64,000 nt of DNA from Verrucomicrobiales bacterium (GTDB lineage Bacteria; Verrucomicrobiota; Verrucomicrobiia; Limisphaerales; UBA1100). Position 1 is the first letter of the stretch; every line of letters begins with the position of its first letter. The notes beneath the pieces are model-generated. The model did no database searches. It was not told the DNA's origin and saw only the letters and a list, made by a program, of their open reading frames with translations. Shown piece by piece: positions 37,054-46,804 of this stretch. Made by a program: the position numbers and the translations under genes. The stretch covers positions 79,926 to 143,925 of the forward strand of contig JAYOSV010000002.1 of NCBI GenBank assembly GCA_038139415.1, written 5' to 3'.

Positions 37054-38151
37054 ATGATCCAGATCAAATCCGTTTTATTGGCGGTCGTGTTGTGCGTGGC
37101 TATGGGCTGCCGTGCAGTGGGGCCGACTTCGCTGCAGCAAACGCATCCGCAATATAACCACGCCATCTCGCGCAGTCTCGACGAGCAGTTTCTGCTGAAT
37201 CTCGTGCGGTTGAAATATCGTGACAACCCGTACTTCCTTGGCGTGGCAAGCGTGACCACACAGCAGTCGGTGGAGAGCGACGTCAGTGCGAGTGTGAAGC
37301 TAATTCGCGGTGGCGACACGCTGACCCCCTCGGCCGGCATCACGTATAAGGAAACGCCGACCATTTCGTATTCGCCCCTCAGTGGGGATCAATTTCTAAA
37401 ACAAATCCTGTCACCCGTGCCGCTGGAGGCCGTGTTGATCCTGACACAAAGCGGCTGGAGCGTGCAGCGGGTGGTTAGCGTGTGCGTGGAACGTGCGAAC
37501 GGACTGGACAACGCTAGTAATGCCTCGGGCCCCACGCCGACTCGCGAGCCGCGCTTCGAGCAGTTTGCTGAGATGACGGAGATCTTGCGTGAACTGCAGG
37601 TGGCCGATGCCCTGGAACTGGGTGCAGCAACATGTGAGCCGGATGCAGACGGGCATATGAAGGAGGGACACGATCTGGTGTTGCAGCTTAAGCCCGGGGC
37701 CCCGACCGATAGCGTGGCGCGGCTCAAGGAATTGCTTGGCGTGCAGGGCGCGGGCGATCAGCTGAGGTTGACCAATGACTTCCTGAACCGTCCGAAGGAC
37801 GGCTTAGCTGTACGCACGCGCTCGATGATGGGGATTCTTTTTTATCTCTCGCACAACGCCGAAGTGCCGCCGCCGCATCAGGCTGCTGGATTGGTCACTC
37901 AGACGCAATCGGCCGAAGGCAAAGTCTTTGACTGGAACGAAGTGACCGGAGGACTCTTTCGGGTGCGCTCTTCCACAAGCCGTCCGGCCAATGCGTTTGT
38001 GGCCGTGCCGTATCGTGGAGCGTGGTTTTACATTGCGGACAATGATCTGGAGAGCAAGAGCACATTCATGCTGCTGACGCAGCTCTTCAATCTGCAGGCT
38101 GGTCAGATCAAGACGGTTGCTCCAGCACTGACCATTGGGGTGGGTGGATAA
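37054..38151 (+). CDS. Uncharacterised lipoprotein
   Basis: Signal peptide with lipobox-like AMGC; long ORF with host-like codon usage. Confidence 0.7.
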   Translation: MIQIKSVLLAVVLCVAMGCRAVGPTSLQQTHPQYNHAISRSLDEQFLLNLVRLKYRDNPYFLGVASVTTQQSVESDVSASVKLIRGGDTLTPSAGITYKETPTISYSPLSGDQFLKQILSPVPLEAVLILTQSGWSVQRVVSVCVERANGLDNASNASGPTPTREPRFEQFAEMTEILRELQVADALELGAATCEPDADGHMKEGHDLVLQLKPGAPTDSVARLKELLGVQGAGDQLRLTNDFLNRPKDGLAVRTRSMMGILFYLSHNAEVPPPHQAAGLVTQTQSAEGKVFDWNEVTGGLFRVRSSTSRPANAFVAVPYRGAWFYIADNDLESKSTFMLLTQLFNLQAGQIKTVAPALTIGVGG

Positions 38152-38169
38152 GCTGTTGATGACTGGTGG

Positions 38170-38198
38170 TTGAAGCCATTGGTGGCCTTCGGTAGGTT
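38170..38198 (+). promoter_or_regulatory. sigma70-type promoter of purE
   Basis: TTGAAG, 17 bp, TAGGTT, 12 nt before the ATG. Confidence 0.55.
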
Positions 38199-38210
38199 CC
38201 CGCCCGAATC

Positions 38211-38714
38211 ATGAGCGAGGAAACCAAACCCCTGGTTGGCGTGATCATGGGCAGTCACTCAGACTGGTCCGTGATGGAGAACTGTGCAAAGCAACTTAAA
38301 GACCTCGGCGTGCCGTACGAGGCCAAGGTCATTTCGGCGCACCGTACCCCGGAGCTGTTACATCGTTGGGTGAATGCCTCAACCGAAAACGGCATGGAGG
38401 TCATCATTGCTGCTGCCGGCGGCGCGGCCCATTTGGCCGGCGTGACCGCAGCCATTACTTCGGTGCCGGTGCTGGCGGTGCCGATGAAGGCCTGGAGCAC
38501 GGAAGGCTTGGATTCGCTACTATCTATGGTGCAAATGCCCGGCGGCGTGCCGGTCGGCACTCTGGCGGTCGGCAAGCCTGGTGCGAAAAACGCGGCTTTG
38601 CTCGCCACGGCCATTCTCGGTAACAAATATCCTGAGTACAAAAAGGCCTACGAAGATTTCCGGACGCAACAGACGGCTGACGGTGAGGCGAATCAGGATT
38701 TGCCGGCGGTCTAA
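38211..38714 (+). CDS. purE: N5-CAIR mutase
   Basis: IMGS.SD, SAHRTP, AGGAAHLAG and SMVQMPGGVPV. Confidence 0.95.
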   Translation: MSEETKPLVGVIMGSHSDWSVMENCAKQLKDLGVPYEAKVISAHRTPELLHRWVNASTENGMEVIIAAAGGAAHLAGVTAAITSVPVLAVPMKAWSTEGLDSLLSMVQMPGGVPVGTLAVGKPGAKNAALLATAILGNKYPEYKKAYEDFRTQQTADGEANQDLPAV

Positions 38715-38815
38715 CAATTTTTGCGTAGGACAATTTTTTACTGGTGGCTTCGATGTGGGAGGGCTAGGAAAGGGCCGTTCCCACACGCAGACCCGAACCC
38801 ATAAATAAACCGACG

Positions 38816-39763
38816 GTGAAAATCTTTGCGGGCAGATCCAACCGAGCATTGGCTGAGGCCATTTGTGAATCTATTGATGTGCCCTTAGGTAAGGTGCTAC
38901 TGCGTGACTTCCCAAACGGCGAGACCTTCGCTCGCATTGAGGAAAACGTCCGTGGAGAGGACACCTATGTCGTGCAGAGCACGTGCCCGCCGGTGAATCA
39001 GAATATGATGGAGCTATTCATCATGATTGATGCCCTTCGCCGCGCCAGTGCTAATCGGATCACCGCCGTGCTGCCTTTCTACGGCTACGCCCGGCAGGAT
39101 CGTAAAGACCAGCCGCGTGTTCCTATTAGCGCCAAGCTGGTGGCAAACCTGCTGGTCAGCGCCGGCGCCAATCGGGTGCTCACGGTCGATCTACATGCCC
39201 AACAGATCCAAGGCTTCTTCGATATTCCGGTGGACCATCTTTATGCGGCTCCGGTGATGTTCGATTATCTCAAGACCATGGATTTGGGCGAACAAATCGC
39301 TGTCGTCAGCCCGGATGTTGGCGGCATTAAGATGGCGCACGCCTATTCCCAGCTGTTGCACGCCGATCTGGCCATCGTGGCCAAACGGCGTATGAGTGAC
39401 ACCGAAATCGAGACCGTATCGGTCATCGGCAAGGTTCGGGATAAAACCGTCGTTTTGGTGGATGACCTCACTGAAACGGCTGGAACACTGGTTTCCGCAG
39501 CCAAAATTCTACGGCGCCGGGGCGCCAAACGCATCATTGCGGTGGTTTCCCACGCAGTTTTGAATGATTTGGGAATCAAAAGATTGCGCAAATCTAACAT
39601 TGACGAACTAATTACGACTGATACTGTTCCCCGCCCCCCAATCGAAGGGGTGAAATTCACCACCTGCTCGGTGGCGGGTTTGTTGGGTGAGGCGATCAAG
39701 CGAATTCACACGAATTCCTCGGTGACCTCGCTGTTTGAGTTTGACGGGATACGAATAGGATAA
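38816..39763 (+). CDS. prs: Ribose-phosphate pyrophosphokinase
   Basis: YGYARQDRK, DLHA.QIQGFF, SPDVGG and VDD...TAGTL. Confidence 0.96.
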   Translation: MKIFAGRSNRALAEAICESIDVPLGKVLLRDFPNGETFARIEENVRGEDTYVVQSTCPPVNQNMMELFIMIDALRRASANRITAVLPFYGYARQDRKDQPRVPISAKLVANLLVSAGANRVLTVDLHAQQIQGFFDIPVDHLYAAPVMFDYLKTMDLGEQIAVVSPDVGGIKMAHAYSQLLHADLAIVAKRRMSDTEIETVSVIGKVRDKTVVLVDDLTETAGTLVSAAKILRRRGAKRIIAVVSHAVLNDLGIKRLRKSNIDELITTDTVPRPPIEGVKFTTCSVAGLLGEAIKRIHTNSSVTSLFEFDGIRIG

Positions 39764-40404
39764 TGAACGCAGTCGAATTAGAAGCACAGCCACGCGAAAC
39801 CAAAAAGCGCAACCGGAACAAGGCCTCCCGCGAGGCCGGTCGAATTCCGGGCGTCGTCTACGGTGGTGGCGAAGAAAAAAATTCACTGGTGGAAGTGGAT
39901 GAAAAAACCTTTGGGCGCGTTATGGATAGCGCCTCCTCCGACACCGTGTTGTTGAATTTGAAGGTGGGCGATGCCAGCCGTTTGGCTCTTGTGCAGGAAG
40001 TGCAGCATCATCCTGTGAGCCGCAAACCGCTCCATGTGGATTTCCGGGAAGTGAAGCCCGACCAAAGCGTGATCGTTACCCTGCCGACCGTGCCTGTGGG
40101 TGAAGCGGTTGGCGTGAAGACCGGTGGCGGCACTTTGGAGCACGTGCTCCGTTATATTAAAGTGAAGGGTACCCCGTCCTCGCTTCCTGAATCCATTGAA
40201 GTGGACGTTGCCGCTCTTGACATTGGCCAAACTCTTCACGTGAGCGATGTGGCCACGGCCGATGGTGTAGAGCTGTTAGGCAATGCGAGCAATCCTGTGA
40301 TTTCCATCTCCAAACCCCGCGTATCTGGCAAGGACAAGGCCAATGATGAGGAAGCCGCGGCTGAGGGTGACGCCGAAGGTGAAGGAGAGGCCGCGGCCGA
40401 ATAG
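39763..40404 (+). CDS. rplY: 50S ribosomal protein L25/Ctc
   Basis: GRIPGVVYG, Q.HPV....LHVDF and GVK.GG.L. Confidence 0.93.
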   Translation: MNAVELEAQPRETKKRNRNKASREAGRIPGVVYGGGEEKNSLVEVDEKTFGRVMDSASSDTVLLNLKVGDASRLALVQEVQHHPVSRKPLHVDFREVKPDQSVIVTLPTVPVGEAVGVKTGGGTLEHVLRYIKVKGTPSSLPESIEVDVAALDIGQTLHVSDVATADGVELLGNASNPVISISKPRVSGKDKANDEEAAAEGDAEGEGEAAAE

Positions 40405-40421
40405 TGCCGCTAGGATGAGCC

Positions 40422-41036
40422 ATGGCCGAGGCTCATCTCATTGCTGGTCTTGGGAATCCGGGAGCGAAGTACGACCACACCCGACACAACATCGGGTTTC
40501 GTGTCTTGGAAGAACTGGCCTTGGCTTGGGGCGGAACGTGGTCTGAAGAGAAAAAATTTAAGGCCCGCATGAGCCGGGCTGCGGTGAATAGCAAGACCAT
40601 TCACCTCTGCCAGCCGCAGACGTTCATGAACCTCAGCGGCGAAGCAGTTGGGGCTGTGGGTGATTATTATAAAATCACCCCCACCCGAGTGCTGGTGATT
40701 GTGGACGACACCGAACAGCCATTTGGGCAAATCCGTTTGCGGGCCGGTGGTGGAACCGGCGGCCACAACGGACTCAGCTCAGTGGAGCAGCATTTGGGCA
40801 CTGCGGATTATCCGCGTTTGCGGATAGGGATAGGGCGTCCGTCCGCCGGGCGCGATATGAGTGCGCATGTGCTGGGCCGGTTTGCGGCGGGTGAAACAGG
40901 ATGCTTGGAGCGCGTGCTCCAGCGCGTTCGCAAACAGGTGGAATGCTGGTTACAGCAGGACATCGCCATGGCGATGAATGAATTTAACGGAAAAATAGAT
41001 CTCCCAGACGAGACAACTGAGAAAGAAACAACGTGA
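40422..41036 (+). CDS. pth: Peptidyl-tRNA hydrolase
   Basis: GLGNPG..Y..TRHNIGF, PQTFMNLSG and GGHNGL. Confidence 0.95.
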   Translation: MAEAHLIAGLGNPGAKYDHTRHNIGFRVLEELALAWGGTWSEEKKFKARMSRAAVNSKTIHLCQPQTFMNLSGEAVGAVGDYYKITPTRVLVIVDDTEQPFGQIRLRAGGGTGGHNGLSSVEQHLGTADYPRLRIGIGRPSAGRDMSAHVLGRFAAGETGCLERVLQRVRKQVECWLQQDIAMAMNEFNGKIDLPDETTEKETT

Positions 41037-41332
41037 AACAATACGAAGGCTTGTTCATCCTCGACACGGACACCAGCGGTGCCACCGTGGACGACATTAT
41101 TAAGGCCATTGGCGAACTGATCAAGGAAGCCGGTGGTAAAGTGACCAATGAGCAGAAGCTCGACCGGCGCTCGTTTGCCCGCGTGGCTGACAAGAAGCAC
41201 AGTGGCGGCTTTTACATGAGCCTCCACTTCGAACTGGAAGCCAGTGCGCTAGAAGGTTTCAGGTTAGCCCTTCGTAAACGCAAAGAGGTGTTCCGCACCC
41301 AAATCACTCTGGTCGATCCGGTCGCAGCCTAA
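41033..41332 (+). CDS. rpsF: 30S ribosomal protein S6
   Basis: MKQYEGLFIL, GGKV and G.Y; positioned between pth and ssb. Confidence 0.85.
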   Translation: MKQYEGLFILDTDTSGATVDDIIKAIGELIKEAGGKVTNEQKLDRRSFARVADKKHSGGFYMSLHFELEASALEGFRLALRKRKEVFRTQITLVDPVAA

Positions 41333-41350
41333 CCCAAACCCTTTGTCGCC

Positions 41351-41812
41351 ATGCCGAACTACAATAAAGTGATCCTGATGGGTAACCTGACCCGCGATCC
41401 GGAAGTGCGTTACACTTCAAGCGGGACCGCCATCGCAAAACTCGGCATGGCTATCAACCGTCACTGGCGTAATCAGGACGGTCAGCAACAGGAAGAAACC
41501 ACCTTTGTGGATGTGGATGCCTTCGGCCGTCAGGCCGAGACTATCGGCCAATACCTGAAAAAGGGACGGCCAATAATGGTTGAGGGCCGACTGAAGTTGG
41601 ACCAATGGGAAGACAAGCAGACCGGGCAGAAGCGCAGTAAAATGGGGGTGACCCTCGAAAACTTTCAATTTCTCGATTCCCGCGGCGAAGGCGGCGGCAA
41701 TGCAGGGAGTGGGGGAGGTAATTTCGGTGGCGGCGGCGCTCCTGCATCGGGCGGTGCGGCTCCGGCGGCCGGTGGCGGCGGGTTTGCCGAAGACGACGAT
41801 GTGCCGTTTTAA
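41351..41812 (+). CDS. ssb: Single-stranded DNA-binding protein
   Basis: NKVILMGNLTRDPE, Gly-rich linker and DDDVPF tail. Confidence 0.96.
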   Translation: MPNYNKVILMGNLTRDPEVRYTSSGTAIAKLGMAINRHWRNQDGQQQEETTFVDVDAFGRQAETIGQYLKKGRPIMVEGRLKLDQWEDKQTGQKRSKMGVTLENFQFLDSRGEGGGNAGSGGGNFGGGGAPASGGAAPAAGGGGFAEDDDVPF

Positions 41813-41839
41813 TTTTAATCCACTTAACTGAACACAATT

Positions 41840-42355
41840 ATGTCTAAGAAAGCAATTGAGGTAATTCTGACCGAACCGGTAGTAAGCTTGAACGCCAACG
41901 AGGGCGACCAAGTGAAGGTGGCCCCCGGCTACGCGCGAAATTTTCTCCTACCGCAAGGCAAGGCAGTTCCCGCCAACATCGCGAATCAACGCTATTTGGA
42001 TTCGTTGAAGGCACGTCGGGCTGAACGCGAGGCGTCCGAGCTGGAACACATGAAGGATCTGCACGAGTCGCTCAAGAGTTTGCGTCTGCACATTCTGGTG
42101 AAGACTGGTGAAAACGGAAAAATGTTTGGTTCTGTGACTTCCGGCACAATCTGCGATGAGCTACGCAATCAGTTCGATGTGGAGCTGGAGAAGAAGCGCG
42201 TGAACCTGCCTAAAGCCATCAAGGCGGTTGGCGAGTATGATGTGAAGCTGAACCTACACGCGGAAATCGAGGCCGAGCTGAAGGTGTTCGTGGAAAGCGA
42301 AAACCCAATTGAGGTGGACGAGAGTGAGCCCGCGGGAGCGGTGGCTGCGGAATAA
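41840..42355 (+). CDS. rplI: 50S ribosomal protein L9
   Basis: VKVAPGYARNFLLPQGKA and GKMFGSVT. Confidence 0.95.
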   Translation: MSKKAIEVILTEPVVSLNANEGDQVKVAPGYARNFLLPQGKAVPANIANQRYLDSLKARRAEREASELEHMKDLHESLKSLRLHILVKTGENGKMFGSVTSGTICDELRNQFDVELEKKRVNLPKAIKAVGEYDVKLNLHAEIEAELKVFVESENPIEVDESEPAGAVAAE

Positions 42356-42377
42356 ATCAGAAGTTGAAATTATTTCA

Positions 42378-42407
42378 GGCGGGGCCTTCTTAGGCCTCGT
42401 TTTTTTT
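42378..42407 (+). terminator. Intrinsic terminator after rplI
   Basis: GGCGGGGCCT-TCTT-AGGCCTCG followed by T8. Confidence 0.8.
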
Positions 42408-42515
42408 GTGGGAGCCTTGGCTGCGAATGGTTTGTGAACAAGGGGTAGTGCGTTGCCAGTAACTCGACGTTGCTTCTAAAAGGGGGGCAGATGCTAGTCT
42501 GTTCGTTCGACGCCG

Positions 42516-44042
42516 ATGATCGACGCCACTGAAGAGCCGTTACCTGAGTCGCCAATGGAAGATCTGGTGCAGTCCCCACGTCGGACGACGTCCGCGCGTC
42601 CGCAAGCCGATGTGGACCGGGCCCCACCGCATTCCATTGAAGCCGAGCAAGGAGTGCTGGGTTGTCTGCTTCTGGATTCCGATGAAGGGCTCACTTTTTG
42701 TTTGGAGAAGCTGAAGGAGCCGCGTCAACTGGATTTGCCCAAGCGCGAACGCGGCCAATACGGATCGTATGCGCATAACGCTACGACGTTTTTTTATGAG
42801 CTGAAACACCAGGTGATTTTTGAATCGATGCTGGATCTTCACGAGGCGAAGCAGGCGATCGATATTATCACGCTTAAACAATTTCTGACTGACAAAAAAC
42901 AGCTCGAGTCAGTGGGAGGCGTGGCCTATCTCTCCACGCTCATGAACGCGGTGCCGTCGGCGGCGAATCTGGAGTATTACTTCAATATTGTTTGGGAAAA
43001 ATATCTACTGCGAAAGACCGTGCGCACCTGCACTGAGATTGTGCGCGAGGCGTATGAGCATGAAGGGGAAGTAGCGCGCTTGCTCGATGAGGTGGAGGGT
43101 AAGATTCAGAGGATTAACGAGGAGCGTGCCGGGGAAGCCGCTTCCACGATGAAGGAATTGGTCGGTCAGGCAATCTCTCGCATTCAGGATTTTCACGAAC
43201 GCGGCGGCGGTTTGTCCGGCCTGTCCACCGGCTTCATTGATTTTGATAAAATGACCGACGGATTGCACGAGGCGGAGATGATTGTTATTGCCGCGCGGCC
43301 TTCCATGGGGAAAACCTCGTTGGCAATGAACATAGTGGAGCATGTCACGCTCAGTGAAAACATTCCGGTTGGGGTGTTTAGTCTGGAGATGACCGCGGAA
43401 TCACTGGTCACTCGGATGATTTGTTCCAATGCGCGACTGAATTTCAAAAACCTTCGGGATGGACTGCTTAACGCCAATGATTTCCAGCGGATCACCCAGA
43501 CCGCAGGCAAACTGCACAAGGCCCCGTTGTATATTGATGACACGCCGGGGTTGTCTATTTTGCAATTGCGAGCCAAGGCGCGTCGAATGCATTCCCAGTA
43601 TGGGATAAAACTCATTGTGATTGACTATCTGCAGCTCCTTCACTCTACTTCGCGCCGGGCGTCGGATAACCGCCAGCAGGAAGTGGCAGAGATTTCCAGC
43701 GGCATCAAGGGCCTAGCCAAGGAGCTGGGCGTGCCGGTGATTGTGCTTTGTCAGCTGAACCGCGAAATGGAGAAAGATAAGAATCGCAAACCGCGGCTCT
43801 CAGATCTCCGCGAATCCGGCTCCATTGAGCAGGATGCCGATTTGGTGGGATTGCTTTACAAGGCGTACTCCGAAGATGGGGAAGGAGGTCCGCCGGATGA
43901 AACTGAAGGGGTGCCAGTGAATCTGCTTTTGGCCAAGCAGCGCAATGGCCCCACTGGGGATGTGCCCATGGTCTTCCTCAAGTCTTACACGCGCTTCGAG
44001 AGCGCCAGTCGGGTTGATCCCGGAGATGTGCCGAATGATTAG
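42516..44042 (+). CDS. dnaB: Replicative DNA helicase
   Basis: PPHSIEAEQ, ARPSMGKT, FSLEM, IDYLQL, SDLRESGSIEQDAD and KQRNGP; no intein seen. Confidence 0.96.
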   Translation: MIDATEEPLPESPMEDLVQSPRRTTSARPQADVDRAPPHSIEAEQGVLGCLLLDSDEGLTFCLEKLKEPRQLDLPKRERGQYGSYAHNATTFFYELKHQVIFESMLDLHEAKQAIDIITLKQFLTDKKQLESVGGVAYLSTLMNAVPSAANLEYYFNIVWEKYLLRKTVRTCTEIVREAYEHEGEVARLLDEVEGKIQRINEERAGEAASTMKELVGQAISRIQDFHERGGGLSGLSTGFIDFDKMTDGLHEAEMIVIAARPSMGKTSLAMNIVEHVTLSENIPVGVFSLEMTAESLVTRMICSNARLNFKNLRDGLLNANDFQRITQTAGKLHKAPLYIDDTPGLSILQLRAKARRMHSQYGIKLIVIDYLQLLHSTSRRASDNRQQEVAEISSGIKGLAKELGVPVIVLCQLNREMEKDKNRKPRLSDLRESGSIEQDADLVGLLYKAYSEDGEGGPPDETEGVPVNLLLAKQRNGPTGDVPMVFLKSYTRFESASRVDPGDVPND

Positions 44043-46794
44043 AGAGAAACTGGTTCATTGGATTAGCCTGCTCGCCATCGTGGCGGGCACTTCGTTGTTC
44101 GCTCAGCGAAACATCACCGAAATCACTGTGGATGTCACCGGCATCGGCAATGTGACCGAGCGCTATGTGCAAACCAATATTCGGCTAAAGCCTGGCGATG
44201 TGTACTTGGAAGGCCGTACTAATGAGGACGTGGTGGCTCTGATGAAAACCGGCCGGTTTGAGGATGTGCAGGTGGCTACGGAACTGGTGGGGGACGAGGG
44301 AATCAAACTCACTTTCAAGGTGCGTGCCTTTCCTTTGGTAACGGACGTGAATCTGCATTTACTCCGTCGACAGTTGCGCCCGAAGGACCCGATTGGGAAT
44401 CCGGCTTTGGCAGATTTGATGGATGCGGAATATCTCGCGATCAAGGAGAGTAAACTCCTGAAAAAGCTTCAAATGATCCGAGGGCAGCAATTCAATTCCT
44501 CCCGAATGCATGCCGATGAGAAAGTGATTGAGGAGGAGTACCGCAAGCAAGGCTATTACCCCATCAAGGTAAAGGGCCAGCGTGTGGGCGGCTCGGTGCG
44601 GTATATTATCAGCGAAGGAGAGAAGTTCCGGGTGGAGCGTGGTGAATTGAATTTCGAGTCATCGAATGACACGGAATTGAGCTTCACTCACAAGGAGCTT
44701 CGCAAAAACGTTAAAGTCCGGCAGCGCCGCAATTGGTATAACCCGGTTTCATGGATCGTGGATGATGGTCGCTTGTTGCCGAATGAGTACGAGGAAGATA
44801 TCGAAAAGCTTGAAATTTTTTACCGCGATGAAGGCTATTTGGACGTCAAGGTTTTCATTGGGCATGGTGCGGACAAAGTGCTGGCGTCGCCGGAATATGA
44901 GGCGCTTCGGACGAAGCTGTTTCAAGCCCGGGCCAGCCATGCGCAGACCGTGGAGGATTTGGATGACGCCGAGCGCCGGCTGGAAAATTCTGGGGCGGAT
45001 GATGAAGAGCGCGAGCTGGATCGCCTGGTTGAAGAGGCCGAAGACCGCTTGGACGATGCGGAGGACGCTTTGGATGATGCCGAGGATGACTTTGAAGATT
45101 ATCTAGATGAAGTGGATCGGGTTGCGTTCGTGTTCACTGTTGATGAAGGCCCGCAGTATTTGGTCGGCAATGTGACCATTCAGCATGGCCGACAGGTGGA
45201 TGGGGAGTTCCAAGCGGTGGATCTCGCCGTGTTCCCGGATTTTAAACCTGTGATCAGTGTTGATGTGCTGAGAAGCATGTTGGCCTTGCGTCCAGGGGAA
45301 GTGTTTCGTCCGGCGGCCTTGCGGGTGGATGAGCGGGAAGATTCCGATTTGGAAATCATTGAGGATGCCTATGGGCATCGTGCCTACATCGATGCGAGTG
45401 CTTCGGTTAAGCAATCTCCCAACCTGACCAATAACACCATTGATTTGATTTTTCAGGTGATTGAGGGAGATCATTTTTTTGAAGAAGACGGAGTTCAAAA
45501 ATGGGAGCGTGATCAAGTAATTGTGGGCTTGGTGAAGATTGAGGGGAACGAGAAGACTAAGGACTTTGTGATTCGCCGCGAGCTGGCGATTTCACCCGGA
45601 GAACCGTTCGACCTTGGGAAGATGGAGAACAGTCGCAGCCGGATTGAGGGACTTCGGTTATTTGAAAGTGTGCGTGCTACACCGGAATACAGCGACCGGG
45701 AACGCGGCTCTACGGTGGAAAACCTGGTGGTTTCCGTGAAGGAAAGTAATACGGGCCGGTTTCAGATTGGAGGCGGATTCAGCACAGACTACGGCGCCTT
45801 TGCCCATGTGATTGTTGCGCAGGAAAACTTCGACATCATGCGCTGGCGCCGACCGTACTTCTGGCAGGGCGGCGGTCAGAAGGTTCGTTTGCGCACCACT
45901 GCCGGCGGCCGCTTTAACAACTACGAACTCGATTTCGAGGAGCCGTGGCTGATGGGCAAAAAACTGCGTTTCACCACAAATCTTTACACTCGGGAGTTGG
46001 AGTACTTCCACGATAAGTTTGATGTTGAGGAATCCGGCATGCGACTTGGCCTGGAGCGGGCGATGTTTGGTAACGACTACTTCCGGGGGCGTGTGAACTA
46101 CACGGTTGAGAGCATCGGGATGGTGGATATGAAAAGCACGGCTTCTCAGGAATTATTGGACGAACGCGGGCACGACTTGATTTCCAAAATTGGCGTGGGG
46201 CTCACATTGGATACTCGCGGTGGCGGCATCATTCCCACCAAGGGGCAGCGCTCCTCCATCGATGTTGATTTCGCCCCGGGCGCGCTGGGTAGTGAAAAGG
46301 AATTTTACGGCGTCCATCTCAAGAGTGGGTGGTACTTCAAGGGTTTGCGCGAAGGGCATACCCTTGAAGTACTCAGTCAAGCCGCCACCGTGGACAATAT
46401 GACTGGAGGGCAAACAGTGCCCTATTTGTACCGCCACTCATTGGGTGGTTCACGGAACCTGCGGGGCTATGATTTCCGCGAGGTGGGCCCGCGGGGCACA
46501 GCCGGAGATTACATTGGCGGTAATACCATGATGCACGCCACCGTGGAGTACGGCGTCCCCACGCCCATCGAAATGGCCCGACTGGCCGCCTTTTATGACA
46601 TCGGTGTTGTGAACAAGGATGCCTACGATTTCAGCTTCAGTGGCTATAACGATGACGTGGGCATTGGTGTCCGGTTGAATATTCCATTCCTTGGCCCAAT
46701 TAGATTGGATTACGCCATACCGCTGACGACAGACGGGTATAACGATGGTGGTGGCCAGTTCCAAGTGAATATGGGCTATACCACAAGCTTCTAG
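44035..46794 (+). CDS. bamA: Outer membrane protein assembly factor BamA (Omp85)
   Basis: POTRA repeats (GNEKTKDFVIRREL), LRGY loop motif, GPIRLDYA and terminal F; followed by skp. Confidence 0.9.
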   Translation: MIREKLVHWISLLAIVAGTSLFAQRNITEITVDVTGIGNVTERYVQTNIRLKPGDVYLEGRTNEDVVALMKTGRFEDVQVATELVGDEGIKLTFKVRAFPLVTDVNLHLLRRQLRPKDPIGNPALADLMDAEYLAIKESKLLKKLQMIRGQQFNSSRMHADEKVIEEEYRKQGYYPIKVKGQRVGGSVRYIISEGEKFRVERGELNFESSNDTELSFTHKELRKNVKVRQRRNWYNPVSWIVDDGRLLPNEYEEDIEKLEIFYRDEGYLDVKVFIGHGADKVLASPEYEALRTKLFQARASHAQTVEDLDDAERRLENSGADDEERELDRLVEEAEDRLDDAEDALDDAEDDFEDYLDEVDRVAFVFTVDEGPQYLVGNVTIQHGRQVDGEFQAVDLAVFPDFKPVISVDVLRSMLALRPGEVFRPAALRVDEREDSDLEIIEDAYGHRAYIDASASVKQSPNLTNNTIDLIFQVIEGDHFFEEDGVQKWERDQVIVGLVKIEGNEKTKDFVIRRELAISPGEPFDLGKMENSRSRIEGLRLFESVRATPEYSDRERGSTVENLVVSVKESNTGRFQIGGGFSTDYGAFAHVIVAQENFDIMRWRRPYFWQGGGQKVRLRTTAGGRFNNYELDFEEPWLMGKKLRFTTNLYTRELEYFHDKFDVEESGMRLGLERAMFGNDYFRGRVNYTVESIGMVDMKSTASQELLDERGHDLISKIGVGLTLDTRGGGIIPTKGQRSSIDVDFAPGALGSEKEFYGVHLKSGWYFKGLREGHTLEVLSQAATVDNMTGGQTVPYLYRHSLGGSRNLRGYDFREVGPRGTAGDYIGGNTMMHATVEYGVPTPIEMARLAAFYDIGVVNKDAYDFSFSGYNDDVGIGVRLNIPFLGPIRLDYAIPLTTDGYNDGGGQFQVNMGYTTSF

Positions 46795-46804
46795 GAGAAC
46801 GATT

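Noticed and set aside
41026..41041. parS-like half site ACGTGAAACA
   Set aside because: Only one arm matches and it coincides with the rpsF start codon.
42715..42790. Intein or mobile insertion in dnaB
   Set aside because: Only a ~25 aa N-domain loop insert; no splicing motifs, and protein length is normal.
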